The notes: generated by a model not told the origin, from the letters alone. 64,000 bases of DNA from an uncultured Verrucomicrobiae bacterium (GCA_963836755.1 CAWIKF010000002.1:1088001-1152000), one strand, 5' to 3'. Positions 18,291 to 28,591 are shown, counted from the first letter of the stretch. Made by a program: numbers and translations.

Positions 18291-20318
18291 TTATGCGCGC
18301 CGTTCCTTGACAGCCTGCAAGATGTCGGCAAGGACTTCGTCGCGCGGCTTCGCACCAAGGTTCCCTTTGCCATGGACACGAACACTTACCGCGCCCGCCT
18401 CGAGATCGCGGTGACCTATCACAAGCATCGTGTGGACTTTTTTCTGCTCGGCGCTGGCGATCTTAGCCTTGATCGGATCTTTTGAAAAGTCGGCCTCAGC
18501 GCGGACCTCGGAAGCCCGGAGTTCTGCGACGATGGAGTTGGAATAAGCAATGAGTGCGTCATCCTGCTCGCCGCCAAGGATGGGAAGCACACGGACTTGC
18601 ATAGGCGCGAGCCAAAGTGGGAAGTTGCCAGCGTAGTGTTCGATGAGGAAGCCGATGAATCTTTCATGCGTGCCCAATGGTGCGCGATGGATGCAAAGCG
18701 GAGTGGCATCGGTGTTATCGCGAGTCTTGTAGGTCAGTCCAAACCGTCCTGGCACGGCGAAGTCCACTTGATTAGTCGCGATGGTGAACTCGCGGCCGAT
18801 CGCACTCCAGACTTGGACGTCGATCTTTGGGCCATAAAACGCGGCTTCATTGGGGACTTCGATGAAGTTGATGCCGGACTTTTGAAGGACGTTACGCACC
18901 ATCTCTTCCGTTTTAAGCCATAACTCAGAGTTATCGACGAACTTTTGCCCGAGCTTGTCGGGATCATGAGTGGAGAAGCGCATGAGATACTTCTCGATGC
19001 CGAAGATCGCGAAGTATTTGAGATACATCTCGTTCACGGCATTGAACTCCTGCTCGAACTGCTCTTCCGTGCAATAAATGTGCGCATCATTCATCTGCAT
19101 CGAGCGCACGCGCATGAGTCCGAACAGTTCGCCCGACTGTTCGTAGCGATAGCAAGTGCCGTATTCCGCAAGTCGCAATGGCAAGTCGCGATAACTCCGC
19201 GGCACCGCCCCAAAGAGCTTGTGATGATGCGGACAGTTCATGGCTTTGAGGTAGTAGCGATAACGGCCGCGAAGACGGTTCAACGTGTCTTCTAACTGAC
19301 CAATCTTCATCCCAACTGAATCCTGCTTGGCAAAGGCGGCGACTGGGTTCAAGTCGTCCAGCATCAAGGCTTCAGTAGTCTTTTCCAGTTCGCTAAATTC
19401 TCCCTCCTTGCGCATGCGCAGCGTGTTCAAATCACTTTCTAGCTGTCGTTCTTCCTCTGTCGAATCCGCCGCCAGAAGCATCGGCGGAAACATACTCTCC
19501 GCGTAGTAAGGCAAGTGTCCGCTGGTTATATAGAGACCTTCGCGTGCAAGATGTGGTGTCCTGACTCTCTGATAACCCGCAGCGAACTCTGTTTCCTTTG
19601 CGAGCTTCTCCAGTTCTTCTATGAGAACGGTGCCATTCGGCAGCCACAATGGCAGGCCGGGACCTACATCATCGTCGAAGGTGAAAAGTTCCATCTCTTT
19701 GCCAAGCTTCCTGTGGTCACGTTTCTTCGCTTCCTCCAGCATGGTGAAGTAGGCTTCCATCTCGGTCTTGTTCTTGAACGCGGTGCCGTAGATGCGCTGG
19801 AGCTGCGGGTTCTTCTCGTCGCCTTTGTAGTAGGCGCTCGCGACGTGGGTGAGTTTGAATGCTCCGATGTTGCCGGTGCGCATGACGTGCGGGCCGGCGC
19901 ATAGGTCGGTGAAGTCGCCGTTGCGATAGAGTGAGATTTCTTCGCCTTCGGGAATGCCCTGGATGATGTCTAGTTTGAACTTACTTGGCTGAGGCCTTTC
20001 ACCTAGTCCGGCTAGGTTTCCCCTTCGCGCCAAGTCCAAAGCTTCTTCGCGACTGACTACTACTTTTTCAAAGACGTTGTTGGCCTTGGTCTCCTTCTTC
20101 ATCTCGGCTTCGATCTTCTCAAAGTCTTCCGGTGAAATGCGGTGCGGCATTTCCAAGTCGTAGTAGAAGCCGTTCTCTACCGGCGGCCCAGCGGCGAACT
20201 GAGCCTCGGGCCAGATACGCAAAATCGCGGTCGCGAGAACGTGCGCGGCGCTGTGGCGCAGGCGCTCGAGGTCGGTCATCTGATGGCGTTGTTCGAGAGT
20301 TTTGCGTTCTTCGGGCAT
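18291..20318 (-). CDS. thrS: threonine--tRNA ligase (no N-terminal TGS domain, internal insertion)
   Basis: RHSAAH, DLCAGPH, RDHRKLG, MNCPHH, YRYEQSGELFGLMRVR, AFYGPKID, IHRAPLG. Confidence 0.96.
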   Translation of the reverse strand: MPEERKTLEQRHQMTDLERLRHSAAHVLATAILRIWPEAQFAAGPPVENGFYYDLEMPHRISPEDFEKIEAEMKKETKANNVFEKVVVSREEALDLARRGNLAGLGERPQPSKFKLDIIQGIPEGEEISLYRNGDFTDLCAGPHVMRTGNIGAFKLTHVASAYYKGDEKNPQLQRIYGTAFKNKTEMEAYFTMLEEAKKRDHRKLGKEMELFTFDDDVGPGLPLWLPNGTVLIEELEKLAKETEFAAGYQRVRTPHLAREGLYITSGHLPYYAESMFPPMLLAADSTEEERQLESDLNTLRMRKEGEFSELEKTTEALMLDDLNPVAAFAKQDSVGMKIGQLEDTLNRLRGRYRYYLKAMNCPHHHKLFGAVPRSYRDLPLRLAEYGTCYRYEQSGELFGLMRVRSMQMNDAHIYCTEEQFEQEFNAVNEMYLKYFAIFGIEKYLMRFSTHDPDKLGQKFVDNSELWLKTEEMVRNVLQKSGINFIEVPNEAAFYGPKIDVQVWSAIGREFTIATNQVDFAVPGRFGLTYKTRDNTDATPLCIHRAPLGTHERFIGFLIEHYAGNFPLWLAPMQVRVLPILGGEQDDALIAYSNSIVAELRASEVRAEADFSKDPIKAKIASAEQKKVHTMLVIGHRDLEAGAVSVRVHGKGNLGAKPRDEVLADILQAVKERRA

Positions 20319-20458
20319 TGGAGTGGTCAGGTTAAAGTGCGAGTGGATGTCTTGCAATGTCACGCTGAGCGTCCGCAACTTTGACGCGCGTGCAGCGACT
20401 ATTGGCTAGGACAGTGGATGGTCGCGTCAAGTGCGGCCGCCGAGTTCAGCTTATGGAA

Positions 20459-21451
20459 TCAATACTTTCGCTTCGGCAGTTCCGCGGCGGCGTCCGACTG
20501 ATCGAAGACATGTTCTTCGGATTTTATCCGGCGCGGCAGAGGCTTCCCGGCTGCCAGCTTTTCCGCGGCATCGCAAATCGCCGGGCCGATCAGCGGATTG
20601 CATTCCACCGTGCAATTGAGCTTGCCTGCGACCATTGCTTCAAACGCGGCGCGGATGCCGTCGATGGAGACGATCATGATATCCTTTCCAGGCTTTAGCC
20701 CGGCTTCCTCAATCGCTTGAATGGCGCCGAGAGCCATGTCGTCATTGTGCGCGTAGAGCGCGGTGATTTCCTTTGCGTCAGGCGACTTGAGGAACGCCTC
20801 CATGACTTCCTTTCCCTTCGCGCGCGTGAAGTCACCGCTCTGCGACTTGATGATTTTCATGCCGGGATACTTCGCAATGACTTCCTCAAAACCTTTCTTG
20901 CGGTCAATGGCTGGAGCGGCGCCCGGCGTCCCTTGCAACTCCGCGATCGTCGCCTTTCCGTCGGTATGCTTCGCGAGCCATTCAGCGGCCTGCTTTCCTT
21001 CCTCGATAAAGTCGGAGCCGATGAAAGTCGCATAAAGCGATGGATCGCTGACATCGACGGCCCGGTCGGAAAGAACGACGGGAATTCCTGCTTGCTGGAT
21101 ATCTTTCAAAACCGGCTCCCAACCCGTTTCCACGACCGGCGAGAACGCGATGACATTGACGCCTTGCGCGATGAAAGAACGCAGCGCCTTGATTTGATTT
21201 TCCTGTTTTTGCTGCGCGTCTGAAAACAGCAGGTTGATGTGACGCTCCGCCGCGGCGCTTTTGATCGACTCCGAGTTTGCCGTGCGCCAGCCGCTCTCCG
21301 CGCCGATCTGCGAAAAACCGAGCGTCAGTTGTTTTCCGCCTTCGCTTTCTTTTTTTCCACAACCGGCAAGAAGAATCATGAGCGCAAAAACGAACATGTG
21401 CCGGAATGGGAAAAGGTTCCTGTTGATCGAAATGGAGAAGGGGAGGTTCAT
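20459..21451 (-). CDS. sugar ABC substrate-binding lipoprotein (YtfQ-like)
   Basis: Lipobox LAGC, GFSQIGAESGWR, DAQQKQENQIKA, AHNDDMALGA. Start may instead be 21397. Confidence 0.88.
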   Translation of the reverse strand: MNLPFSISINRNLFPFRHMFVFALMILLAGCGKKESEGGKQLTLGFSQIGAESGWRTANSESIKSAAAERHINLLFSDAQQKQENQIKALRSFIAQGVNVIAFSPVVETGWEPVLKDIQQAGIPVVLSDRAVDVSDPSLYATFIGSDFIEEGKQAAEWLAKHTDGKATIAELQGTPGAAPAIDRKKGFEEVIAKYPGMKIIKSQSGDFTRAKGKEVMEAFLKSPDAKEITALYAHNDDMALGAIQAIEEAGLKPGKDIMIVSIDGIRAAFEAMVAGKLNCTVECNPLIGPAICDAAEKLAAGKPLPRRIKSEEHVFDQSDAAAELPKRKY

Positions 21452-21533
21452 CGGGAAAAGCGTTATAAACTTTGGTTGCCGAATGCCAAATATTTCCTTG
21501 AAGTCGCCGCGGCGGAGCGACTTCATCTGGCGC

Positions 21534-21854
21534 ATGGCGCAGGAAGCACTTCTTGTTTTCAGCACTTTTCCGAACGTGGAAATGGCGCGGCGCATCGGCC
21601 GGACGCTGGTGGAGGAAAAGCTCGCGGCTTGCGTGAATATCCTGCCGCGCGTGGAGTCGGTTTACCGCTGGCAGGAAAAAATCGAAACAGCCGACGAGAT
21701 AGTCGCAATCATTAAGACGACGATCGGGAAATATCAGCAGCTCGAGCAACGGATTCGCGCGATGCATTCCTACGAAGTGCCGGAGATCGTAGCTGTGCGG
21801 CTGCACGACGGGCTGCCCGATTATCTGAATTGGATCGAGCAATCGATGCAGTGA
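21534..21854 (+). CDS. cutA: divalent-cation tolerance protein CutA
   Basis: LVEEKLAACVNI, SVYRWQ, HSYEVPEI, YLNWI. Confidence 0.93.
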   Translation: MAQEALLVFSTFPNVEMARRIGRTLVEEKLAACVNILPRVESVYRWQEKIETADEIVAIIKTTIGKYQQLEQRIRAMHSYEVPEIVAVRLHDGLPDYLNWIEQSMQ

Positions 21855-21920
21855 AAAGGCGCGGCCTTTCGTGAAACTGTGTTTGCAGCGCAGCCGCGGG
21901 ACGTTCATCGTCGGCGCTGC

Positions 21921-23099
21921 GTGAAGTCGGGCTTTTTGCAGAAACTCATCGAACGGATCGGACGCGTCGGGCCGGAGGAAGTGCAGAATTATCTGGTGCG
22001 GCTGGCGCAGGAGAAAGGTTTTTTTGAAACGATCTTCAACGCGATTCACGAGGGAATCATCGTCACCGATCCGACGGGAAACATCTCGTTCGTCAACCAG
22101 GCGGCGTGCTCGCTTTTCGGGCTGGACAAAGAGGAATGCGCTGGCCGAATGCTGACGGAGCGCGTGCCCGGGCTGCATTGGGAATCGCTGGCGCAGAGCG
22201 AGCAAATCGTCAGCCGCGACATGGAAATTTTTTACCCGCAGAATCGTTTTTTAAACTTTTACGTCGTCCCACTGAATGTCGATACGGACGAGGAAAAGCC
22301 GCGCGGGAAGCGCCGCCGCGCGCAAGGACTCGTCGGCTACGCGATGATTTTGCGCGACATCACCGCATCGCGCCGCTCGACCGAGGAAACGATCGAAAGC
22401 GAGCGGCTGAACGCGCTGACGCTTCTCGCAGCCGGCGTGGCGCACGAGATCGGTAATCCGCTCAACTCGCTGCACATTCATCTGCAATTGATGGAGCGAA
22501 AGTCGCGGAAGATGCCCGAGCCGGGACGCAAGGATTTGCAGGAATCGATCGACATCGCGAAAGGCGAAATCACGCGGCTCGACTACATCATCAACCAATT
22601 CCTCCGCGCGATCCGGCCCGCGCCGCTGCGCACCGAGCCGCAAAATATTAACGCCATTCTCGAGGAATCGATTTCGTTTTTGGCGGCGGAAATCCGGGAC
22701 CGCGACATCATCGTCGAGCGCGAGCTGCGGCCGGATTTGCCGAGCGTGCAGGCGGATCGCGACCAGCTGAAACAGGTTTTTTACAACATCATAAAGAATG
22801 CTTTCCAGGCGATGAAGAGCGAAGGAATTCTGCACATCAAAACCGACTTCGACGATCAGCAGATCATGATACAATTCACGGACACCGGCGGCGGGATTTC
22901 ACCCGATGACATGAGCAAGATTTTCGATCCTTATTTCACGACAAAGCCCGCTGGCACAGGGCTGGGGCTGATGATCGTGCGTCGCATCGTTCGCGAGCAC
23001 GGCGGCGAAATCGACATCATGAACAACGAAGGCCGCGGGATTTCGCTGACGATCCGGCTGCCAATGCGCGACCGTCGCGTGCGGCTTCTCGAGGGATGA
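21921..23099 (+). CDS. PAS sensor histidine kinase (NtrB-like)
   Basis: AAGVAHEIGNPLN, NIIKNAFQAM, PYFTTK, GTGLGL. GTG start. Confidence 0.9.
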   Translation: MKSGFLQKLIERIGRVGPEEVQNYLVRLAQEKGFFETIFNAIHEGIIVTDPTGNISFVNQAACSLFGLDKEECAGRMLTERVPGLHWESLAQSEQIVSRDMEIFYPQNRFLNFYVVPLNVDTDEEKPRGKRRRAQGLVGYAMILRDITASRRSTEETIESERLNALTLLAAGVAHEIGNPLNSLHIHLQLMERKSRKMPEPGRKDLQESIDIAKGEITRLDYIINQFLRAIRPAPLRTEPQNINAILEESISFLAAEIRDRDIIVERELRPDLPSVQADRDQLKQVFYNIIKNAFQAMKSEGILHIKTDFDDQQIMIQFTDTGGGISPDDMSKIFDPYFTTKPAGTGLGLMIVRRIVREHGGEIDIMNNEGRGISLTIRLPMRDRRVRLLEG

Positions 23100-24355
23100 A
23101 CGCGTGGCGGCGATTCCTGTTTTTCGGACTGCTCGGCGCCGGCGTGCTGCTGGTCGCGCTGTATTTGTTTTTAACAACGGCCGCTGAGCCGGCACTCAAA
23201 TCGACCGCTGCGTCTCGCACGCCGGTTGCGCCTGATATTTCCGCAAAACCCGCGCCATCGCATGCGGCGGAAACTCCGCGGCCATCGACGCCTTCGCCCG
23301 CGCCGACTCATCCGCCGGGAGCGAATGCGGCAGATTTTTACAAAGACGCCATCGCACTTTTCCACGCGCTGACGGATGAGGAAAAAAAAGCGCTCGCGCA
23401 CTTTGACCCGAAGATGGATCCCGAAAAAGCCGCGGCGCTTTTCGCAAAAATCCAGCCGATCATGGATCTGCTCCGGCGCGCAAAGTCCGAAGCGACTTAT
23501 GCCGATTGGGGCATAGGGCTGCTCCGTTTCGACTCACCGATGCCGCATATCATGGCGGCGGTTTCGCTCGGCCAGGTCGCGCGCTGGAGTGCGGCGTATC
23601 GTTTTCCCACCGATGCTGCGGGCGCATTGAACGACCTCGCCGCCGAGTCGCAACTAGGTGCGAGCATGGCGGATCAAGCGATGATCGGAATGATGGTCTC
23701 GAGCTCATTCACGAACAGCTCGATCAATCTCATTCACGACAATCTCGGCTCCATCCCGCCCGAGCTCATGCCGCAGGTCGCGCAAATGTTTACCGCGTCA
23801 GACATCAGCGCCGACCTCGCCAGCGGCATGAAGGCGGAAAGCGATTCCATCCAGAACTCGCTCAAATCTCTCAACGATCCCGCGCAGCAGGAAAAATTGG
23901 CGAGAATGTTGCAAGGGATGCCGACTGGGAATGGCGAGAAGATGACTGCCGCGGAAATTCAGGCACAACTTGCCACACTGCCTGAGCAGGCCGCATGGCT
24001 CACGCAAGTGAACCAGGATTTCGCGCAAAAAGCGCTGCTGCCCGACGCGCAATTCCAGCAGTGGTGGGCTTCCGTGCAGGATCAGGCAAAGGCACGGCCG
24101 TTCGTTTCGCTCGTCCTGCCGGCGCTCAACGGCGTGCGCAGCTCGCTCGTCAACGCCAGCGTCAATCGCGCCATGCTCTCGGCAGGAATTGCCGTGATGC
24201 AAAGTGGCCCCGCTGCATACGCGACCGTGATCGATCCCTCGACCGGGCGCCCTTTTATTTATGTGCCGACCGCGAACGGCTTTGAACTCCATTCGCCGTT
24301 CCTTTTCAGAAACAAAGCCGTTGTCAGGTCATTTGCGTCGCCAGCCGCGCAGTGA
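23096..24355 (+). CDS. membrane-anchored hypothetical protein
   Basis: N-terminal TM segment, Pro/Ser linker, helical body, C-terminal DPSTGRPFIY...GFELHS. ATGA overlap with the kinase stop. Confidence 0.7.
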   Translation: MNAWRRFLFFGLLGAGVLLVALYLFLTTAAEPALKSTAASRTPVAPDISAKPAPSHAAETPRPSTPSPAPTHPPGANAADFYKDAIALFHALTDEEKKALAHFDPKMDPEKAAALFAKIQPIMDLLRRAKSEATYADWGIGLLRFDSPMPHIMAAVSLGQVARWSAAYRFPTDAAGALNDLAAESQLGASMADQAMIGMMVSSSFTNSSINLIHDNLGSIPPELMPQVAQMFTASDISADLASGMKAESDSIQNSLKSLNDPAQQEKLARMLQGMPTGNGEKMTAAEIQAQLATLPEQAAWLTQVNQDFAQKALLPDAQFQQWWASVQDQAKARPFVSLVLPALNGVRSSLVNASVNRAMLSAGIAVMQSGPAAYATVIDPSTGRPFIYVPTANGFELHSPFLFRNKAVVRSFASPAAQ

Positions 24356-24366
24356 ATCGCTTCCGC

Positions 24367-24999
24367 TTAAAAATAATCTTTCTCGGCGTGCAATCGCGAC
24401 TCGAGCGTGCCAAGCGGCGCGGTTTCATGGACGAGGCCGGCGGCGCTGATGGAACGAAAGCGCGAAAGGTGCAAACCACTTTTTTGCAACTGCTCGGCCA
24501 CCCAGTAATTGCACATTTTCGGAAAATAAAACGATTCGCGCGCGGCGTAAAATTCGCTGCCGGGCACGAAACCGTCTTCGATGCGAATCGGCTTCCCCGC
24601 TGCATTGCGGGCAAATTCGCCATCAATCCTCGCGCGCAATTTTTCGAAACTTTGACGCGATAACTCGAGGCGAATCACATCGCTGTGCGAATACTTTGAC
24701 GCAACTTTTTCGCGGAGCGGGACGAGCAGCAGCACGCTCGGCGTCGGCCATAGAACGGCGCTGCACGCGGTCGATGCGTTCACGTTTCCGCGATACCATT
24801 GCGAGTCGCCCCAGCCGATGAGTAAAAAGTTTGCGTCGTGCGCAACGGGCAGCGCGCGCAGTTCCGGCACGTCGCGCACGCGCACCGCTAGGGAGCTGTG
24901 AAAGCCGTTGCTGACGATCCAGACCGGTGTCGAAAATGCGTTCGAGGAAAATCCGAGCGCGAGGAGCAACGCGATTGCGAGGCAGCGGCAGGTCGGCAT
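24367..24999 (-). CDS. DUF2459-like secreted protein
   Basis: Signal peptide, SNGFHS, IGWGD, FYAARESF..MCNYWVA. Confidence 0.7.
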   Translation of the reverse strand: MPTCRCLAIALLLALGFSSNAFSTPVWIVSNGFHSSLAVRVRDVPELRALPVAHDANFLLIGWGDSQWYRGNVNASTACSAVLWPTPSVLLLVPLREKVASKYSHSDVIRLELSRQSFEKLRARIDGEFARNAAGKPIRIEDGFVPGSEFYAARESFYFPKMCNYWVAEQLQKSGLHLSRFRSISAAGLVHETAPLGTLESRLHAEKDYF

Positions 25000-25085
25000 T
25001 TGTTTTCACTTTGTTCCCAGCCGATGCGCGACGGCAACGAGAAGTTGTGTCGCCGCGGAAGTTCCGCCATTTTTGCGGCGCATCA

Positions 25086-26492
25086 ATGAATCCCACGATT
25101 CTCATCGTTGACGACGAGAAACACACGCGCGACGGGCTGCGCGCGGCGCTCGAGGAGCGTTTCGATGTCTACGTCGCGGCCGAGATCGCGGGCGCGATGA
25201 ACGTTTTGGAAAATGAAAGCGTCCAGTTGCTCGTGACCGATCTGCGGCTCGGCGGCGACGATGGGATGAAGCTCATCGACCGCGCGTTGAAGATGCCGCA
25301 TCCGCCGATCTGCATCATGATGACGGCCTACGGATCGGTGGACACGGCGGTCGAAGCGATGAAGCATGGCGCGTATGATTTCGTGACGAAGCCGATCAAC
25401 ATCGATCGGCTGGAGATCCTGATCCAGCGGGCCTTGCGAGGCCGCGAGGCGGAGACGGAAGTCAAGGAACTCCGGCAGCAAGTGGAGAAAAAGTTCGGCG
25501 TTGAAAACATCATCGGCGACTCGCTCGTAATGCAGGAAATTTTTGACACGATCAAACAAGTCGCGCCCGTGCGGACGACGGTTTTGATCGAGGGCGAGAG
25601 CGGCACGGGCAAGGAATTGGTCGCGCACGCGATCCATAATTTGAGCAATCGGGCGAAGTCAAAATTCGTCGCAGTGCATTGCGCTGCGCTTTCGCCGCAG
25701 CTTTTGGAGAGCGAACTTTTCGGGCACGAGCGCGGCGCATTCACCGGCGCGGTCGAGCGTCGCGTCGGTCGGTTCGAGCAGGCGAACGGCGGGACGATTT
25801 TTCTCGATGAAATCGGCGAGATCGACGCGAGCACGCAGGTGAAACTTTTACGCGTTCTGGGCGAGCGCGAGTTTGAGCGCGTGGGTGGAAATTCGCCGTT
25901 GAAAGTGGATGTGCGGCTGATCGCGGCGACGAACAGGAACCTCGAAAAAATGGTCGCCGAGGAAAAATTTCGCGACGATTTATTTTATCGATTGAATGTC
26001 GTCAAAATCACGCTGCCGGCTTTGCGCCAGCGCAAGGAAGACATCCCGGTGCTCGTGAACGCATTTCTAAAATCGTTCGCGAAAGAAAACGAAAAGCCGT
26101 TTCGCGAGCTGACGTCGGAGGCGATGAATACGATCCTCTCCTACAATTGGCCCGGCAATGTCCGCGAGCTCCGGACGGCGATCGAGCATGGAGTGGTGAT
26201 GGCGACTGGCGCCAAAATTTCGGTGCGCGATTTGCCGATGAATCTGCGGGAAGCGGCGCCGCCAAACTCGGCGAGTGCGGCGCGTTTCCTCGTGCAGCAA
26301 GGGCAGCATTTGAATTTGCACGAAACTGAACATCGCCTCATGATGCGCGCTCTTGACGAATGCGACGGTAACATTACAAAGGCGGCGCAGAAGCTCGGGA
26401 TCAGCCGCCGCACATTGCACCGCAAACTGAAAGCGTTGCGCGACGGCGAGACTCTCGCTGAAGATAAAACCCCGGCTCCTCCGAATCCGTAA
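25086..26492 (+). CDS. sigma-54-dependent response regulator (NtrC family)
   Basis: Receiver domain, GESGTGKE, GAFTGA, FLDEIGE, WPGNVREL, Fis-type HTH. Confidence 0.94.
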   Translation: MNPTILIVDDEKHTRDGLRAALEERFDVYVAAEIAGAMNVLENESVQLLVTDLRLGGDDGMKLIDRALKMPHPPICIMMTAYGSVDTAVEAMKHGAYDFVTKPINIDRLEILIQRALRGREAETEVKELRQQVEKKFGVENIIGDSLVMQEIFDTIKQVAPVRTTVLIEGESGTGKELVAHAIHNLSNRAKSKFVAVHCAALSPQLLESELFGHERGAFTGAVERRVGRFEQANGGTIFLDEIGEIDASTQVKLLRVLGEREFERVGGNSPLKVDVRLIAATNRNLEKMVAEEKFRDDLFYRLNVVKITLPALRQRKEDIPVLVNAFLKSFAKENEKPFRELTSEAMNTILSYNWPGNVRELRTAIEHGVVMATGAKISVRDLPMNLREAAPPNSASAARFLVQQGQHLNLHETEHRLMMRALDECDGNITKAAQKLGISRRTLHRKLKALRDGETLAEDKTPAPPNP

Positions 26493-26504
26493 ATTTTTTA
26501 ATCC

Positions 26505-28274
26505 GTGGCGTTTGAAACCCAAGTCCAAAGCTTTGTCCGCTCCGTCGATACCGGCAAATGGCGGGAGATTTTGCTCTTTCTTTTGCTCGGCGCGGCGTGC
26601 GCCGGCGTATGGGTCATTTTTATATTCGGCCAGTTCCGCGGCATAAGCTCGGAGAAGGCGATGGACCAGGCGCAGATCGCGCGCGAGCTGGCTCGCGGCA
26701 ATGGATTTTCCACGAAGTTCGTCCGGCCTGCGGCGATCGCGCAGTTCGAGCAAAACAAACACGTGTTCCCCTCGACGAACACACCGGACACTTACAACGC
26801 GCCGCTCTATCCGTGGTTCAATTCCTGGCTGCTGCGCTGCACGAAAAGTTCCTGGGCGATGACGCAAAAGGATGTCGTTTACACGAGCGATCGCGTGATT
26901 GCGGCGATCGCGCTGATGCTTTTTTTCCTGTCGGTCGTCGTCAATTATTTCACGGCGAAACGGCTCTTCGATCGGCGGCTCGCACTGCTCGGGATGGGCT
27001 TGGTTTTGCTGGCCGATGCGTTCTGGAAGTTCTCGGTGTCGGGATTGCCGCAGGCGATGATGCTGCTCATTTTCAGCGGCTGCACGCATGCACTCGTGCG
27101 CGCGCTGGAAGCGAGGCGCGAAGGCCGGATCGCGTGGTTCTGGCTCGCCGCGACCGGTGCGATGTTTGGGCTGCTCGCGCTGACACACGCGCTGACGATT
27201 TGGATTTTTCTCGGCGCGCTTTTGTTTCTCGCCCTGGCGTTCTGGCCGCCGACAAAGTATTGGTGGATGCGCGGTTTGAAAAATCCCGCGCTGCTGGTGC
27301 TGGTGGTGTTCCTGCTTTTTTACGTGCCGTGGCTGGTGCGGACTTATCACGCTTGCGGCAGTCCGTTCGGCGTCGCGGCTTATTCGGTGCTTTTTCAAAT
27401 TCGCGGCACGGAAAGCCAGGTGATGCGCTCGCTGACGCCGAGCTTCAGCGGAGTCGGATTGGCGACCTTTCGCAGCAAAATCCAAAACCAGGTCGTCGGT
27501 CAGTTCGGCAATATTTACGGACTGCTCGGGCAATCCCTTGTCGCGCCGCTTTTTTTCGTGGCGCTGTTGCACTTGTTTAAAAATCCGGTCACGAGCCTTT
27601 TTCGGTGGTGCATCCTCTTGATGTGGCTTTTTGCGCTGCTCGGCATGGCGGTTTTCGGCTTCGCCGATGAAGGGACATTGCAGTCGAATGATCTGCACCT
27701 GCTCTTCATCCCGATTTTTATTTTTTACGGGCTCGCTTTCGTGCTGGTGCTCTGGACGCGCGTGACGAACGAGCGGCCGAAGCTGAATCTGCGGATGATC
27801 AACGTCACTTTTCTGACGATCATTTTTCTCATCTCAGGCTTTCCGCTCGTGAACACGCTCCTCAGCGGTTCGCCGTTGCGCGTCCAATGGCCACCCTACG
27901 TGCCGCCATTCATCGCGATCCTCAATAAATGGACATCGGAAAATGAATACATCGCCTCGGACATGCCATGGGCCGTGGCGTGGTATGCCGATCGCAAGAG
28001 CCTTTGGCTGCCGGATTCGATCAAAGATTTTCTGGCGCTGAGCGATTACAACCGGCTCGGCGGCCCGCTCGCCGGACTTTACCTGACGCCGGAGACCGGG
28101 AACAAGGCGCTCATCTCCGATGTGGTCAAAGGCGAATACAAAGAGTGGGCGCCGTTCATCCTGCGGAATGTCAACATGCGCGATTTTCCCTTGCACGCAG
28201 CGACCGCACTGCCGTTGGATAACGAATGCATTTTTTACTCCGACCGGCCTCGCTGGTCGGAGAAAACGGATTAA
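26505..28274 (+). CDS. polytopic GT-C (ArnT/PMT-like) membrane glycosyltransferase
   Basis: Many TM helices, DQAQIARELARGNGF, APLYP, C-terminal SDMPWAVAWY. Confidence 0.65.
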   Translation: MAFETQVQSFVRSVDTGKWREILLFLLLGAACAGVWVIFIFGQFRGISSEKAMDQAQIARELARGNGFSTKFVRPAAIAQFEQNKHVFPSTNTPDTYNAPLYPWFNSWLLRCTKSSWAMTQKDVVYTSDRVIAAIALMLFFLSVVVNYFTAKRLFDRRLALLGMGLVLLADAFWKFSVSGLPQAMMLLIFSGCTHALVRALEARREGRIAWFWLAATGAMFGLLALTHALTIWIFLGALLFLALAFWPPTKYWWMRGLKNPALLVLVVFLLFYVPWLVRTYHACGSPFGVAAYSVLFQIRGTESQVMRSLTPSFSGVGLATFRSKIQNQVVGQFGNIYGLLGQSLVAPLFFVALLHLFKNPVTSLFRWCILLMWLFALLGMAVFGFADEGTLQSNDLHLLFIPIFIFYGLAFVLVLWTRVTNERPKLNLRMINVTFLTIIFLISGFPLVNTLLSGSPLRVQWPPYVPPFIAILNKWTSENEYIASDMPWAVAWYADRKSLWLPDSIKDFLALSDYNRLGGPLAGLYLTPETGNKALISDVVKGEYKEWAPFILRNVNMRDFPLHAATALPLDNECIFYSDRPRWSEKTD

Positions 28275-28276
28275 CG

Positions 28277-28579
28277 ATGGCGACCAACGATCAGCCGACA
28301 TTTGAAAGCGCGATGGAGCAGCTCGAGGAAATCGTGGCAAAGATGGAATCGGACACGCTCCCGCTCGAGGAGCTGCTGACGCGCTATGAGGAAGGGCTGA
28401 AGCTCGTGAAATTATGCGAGGAGAAACTTGACGCCGCCGAGAAGCGCATCGAAATCATCACCCGCGACGCACGCGGAAAAACGAAGCTGGTGGATTTTGA
28501 GCCAACAGCGAAGCCGACTGGTGAAGCGGCGCCGAATCCCGCCGCACGCAGCAAGACCCCCGACGTTCGGCTTTTTTAG
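28277..28579 (+). CDS. xseB: exodeoxyribonuclease VII small subunit
   Basis: TFESAMEQLEEIVAKME..LPLEELLTRYEEGLKLVKLC. Confidence 0.93.
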   Translation: MATNDQPTFESAMEQLEEIVAKMESDTLPLEELLTRYEEGLKLVKLCEEKLDAAEKRIEIITRDARGKTKLVDFEPTAKPTGEAAPNPAARSKTPDVRLF

Positions 28580-28591
28580 AAAATCAAAACA

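Noticed and set aside
19260..19478. Intein or intron in thrS
   Set aside because: In frame, only 73 aa, with no Cys/Ser start or His-Asn end and no intron or endonuclease features.
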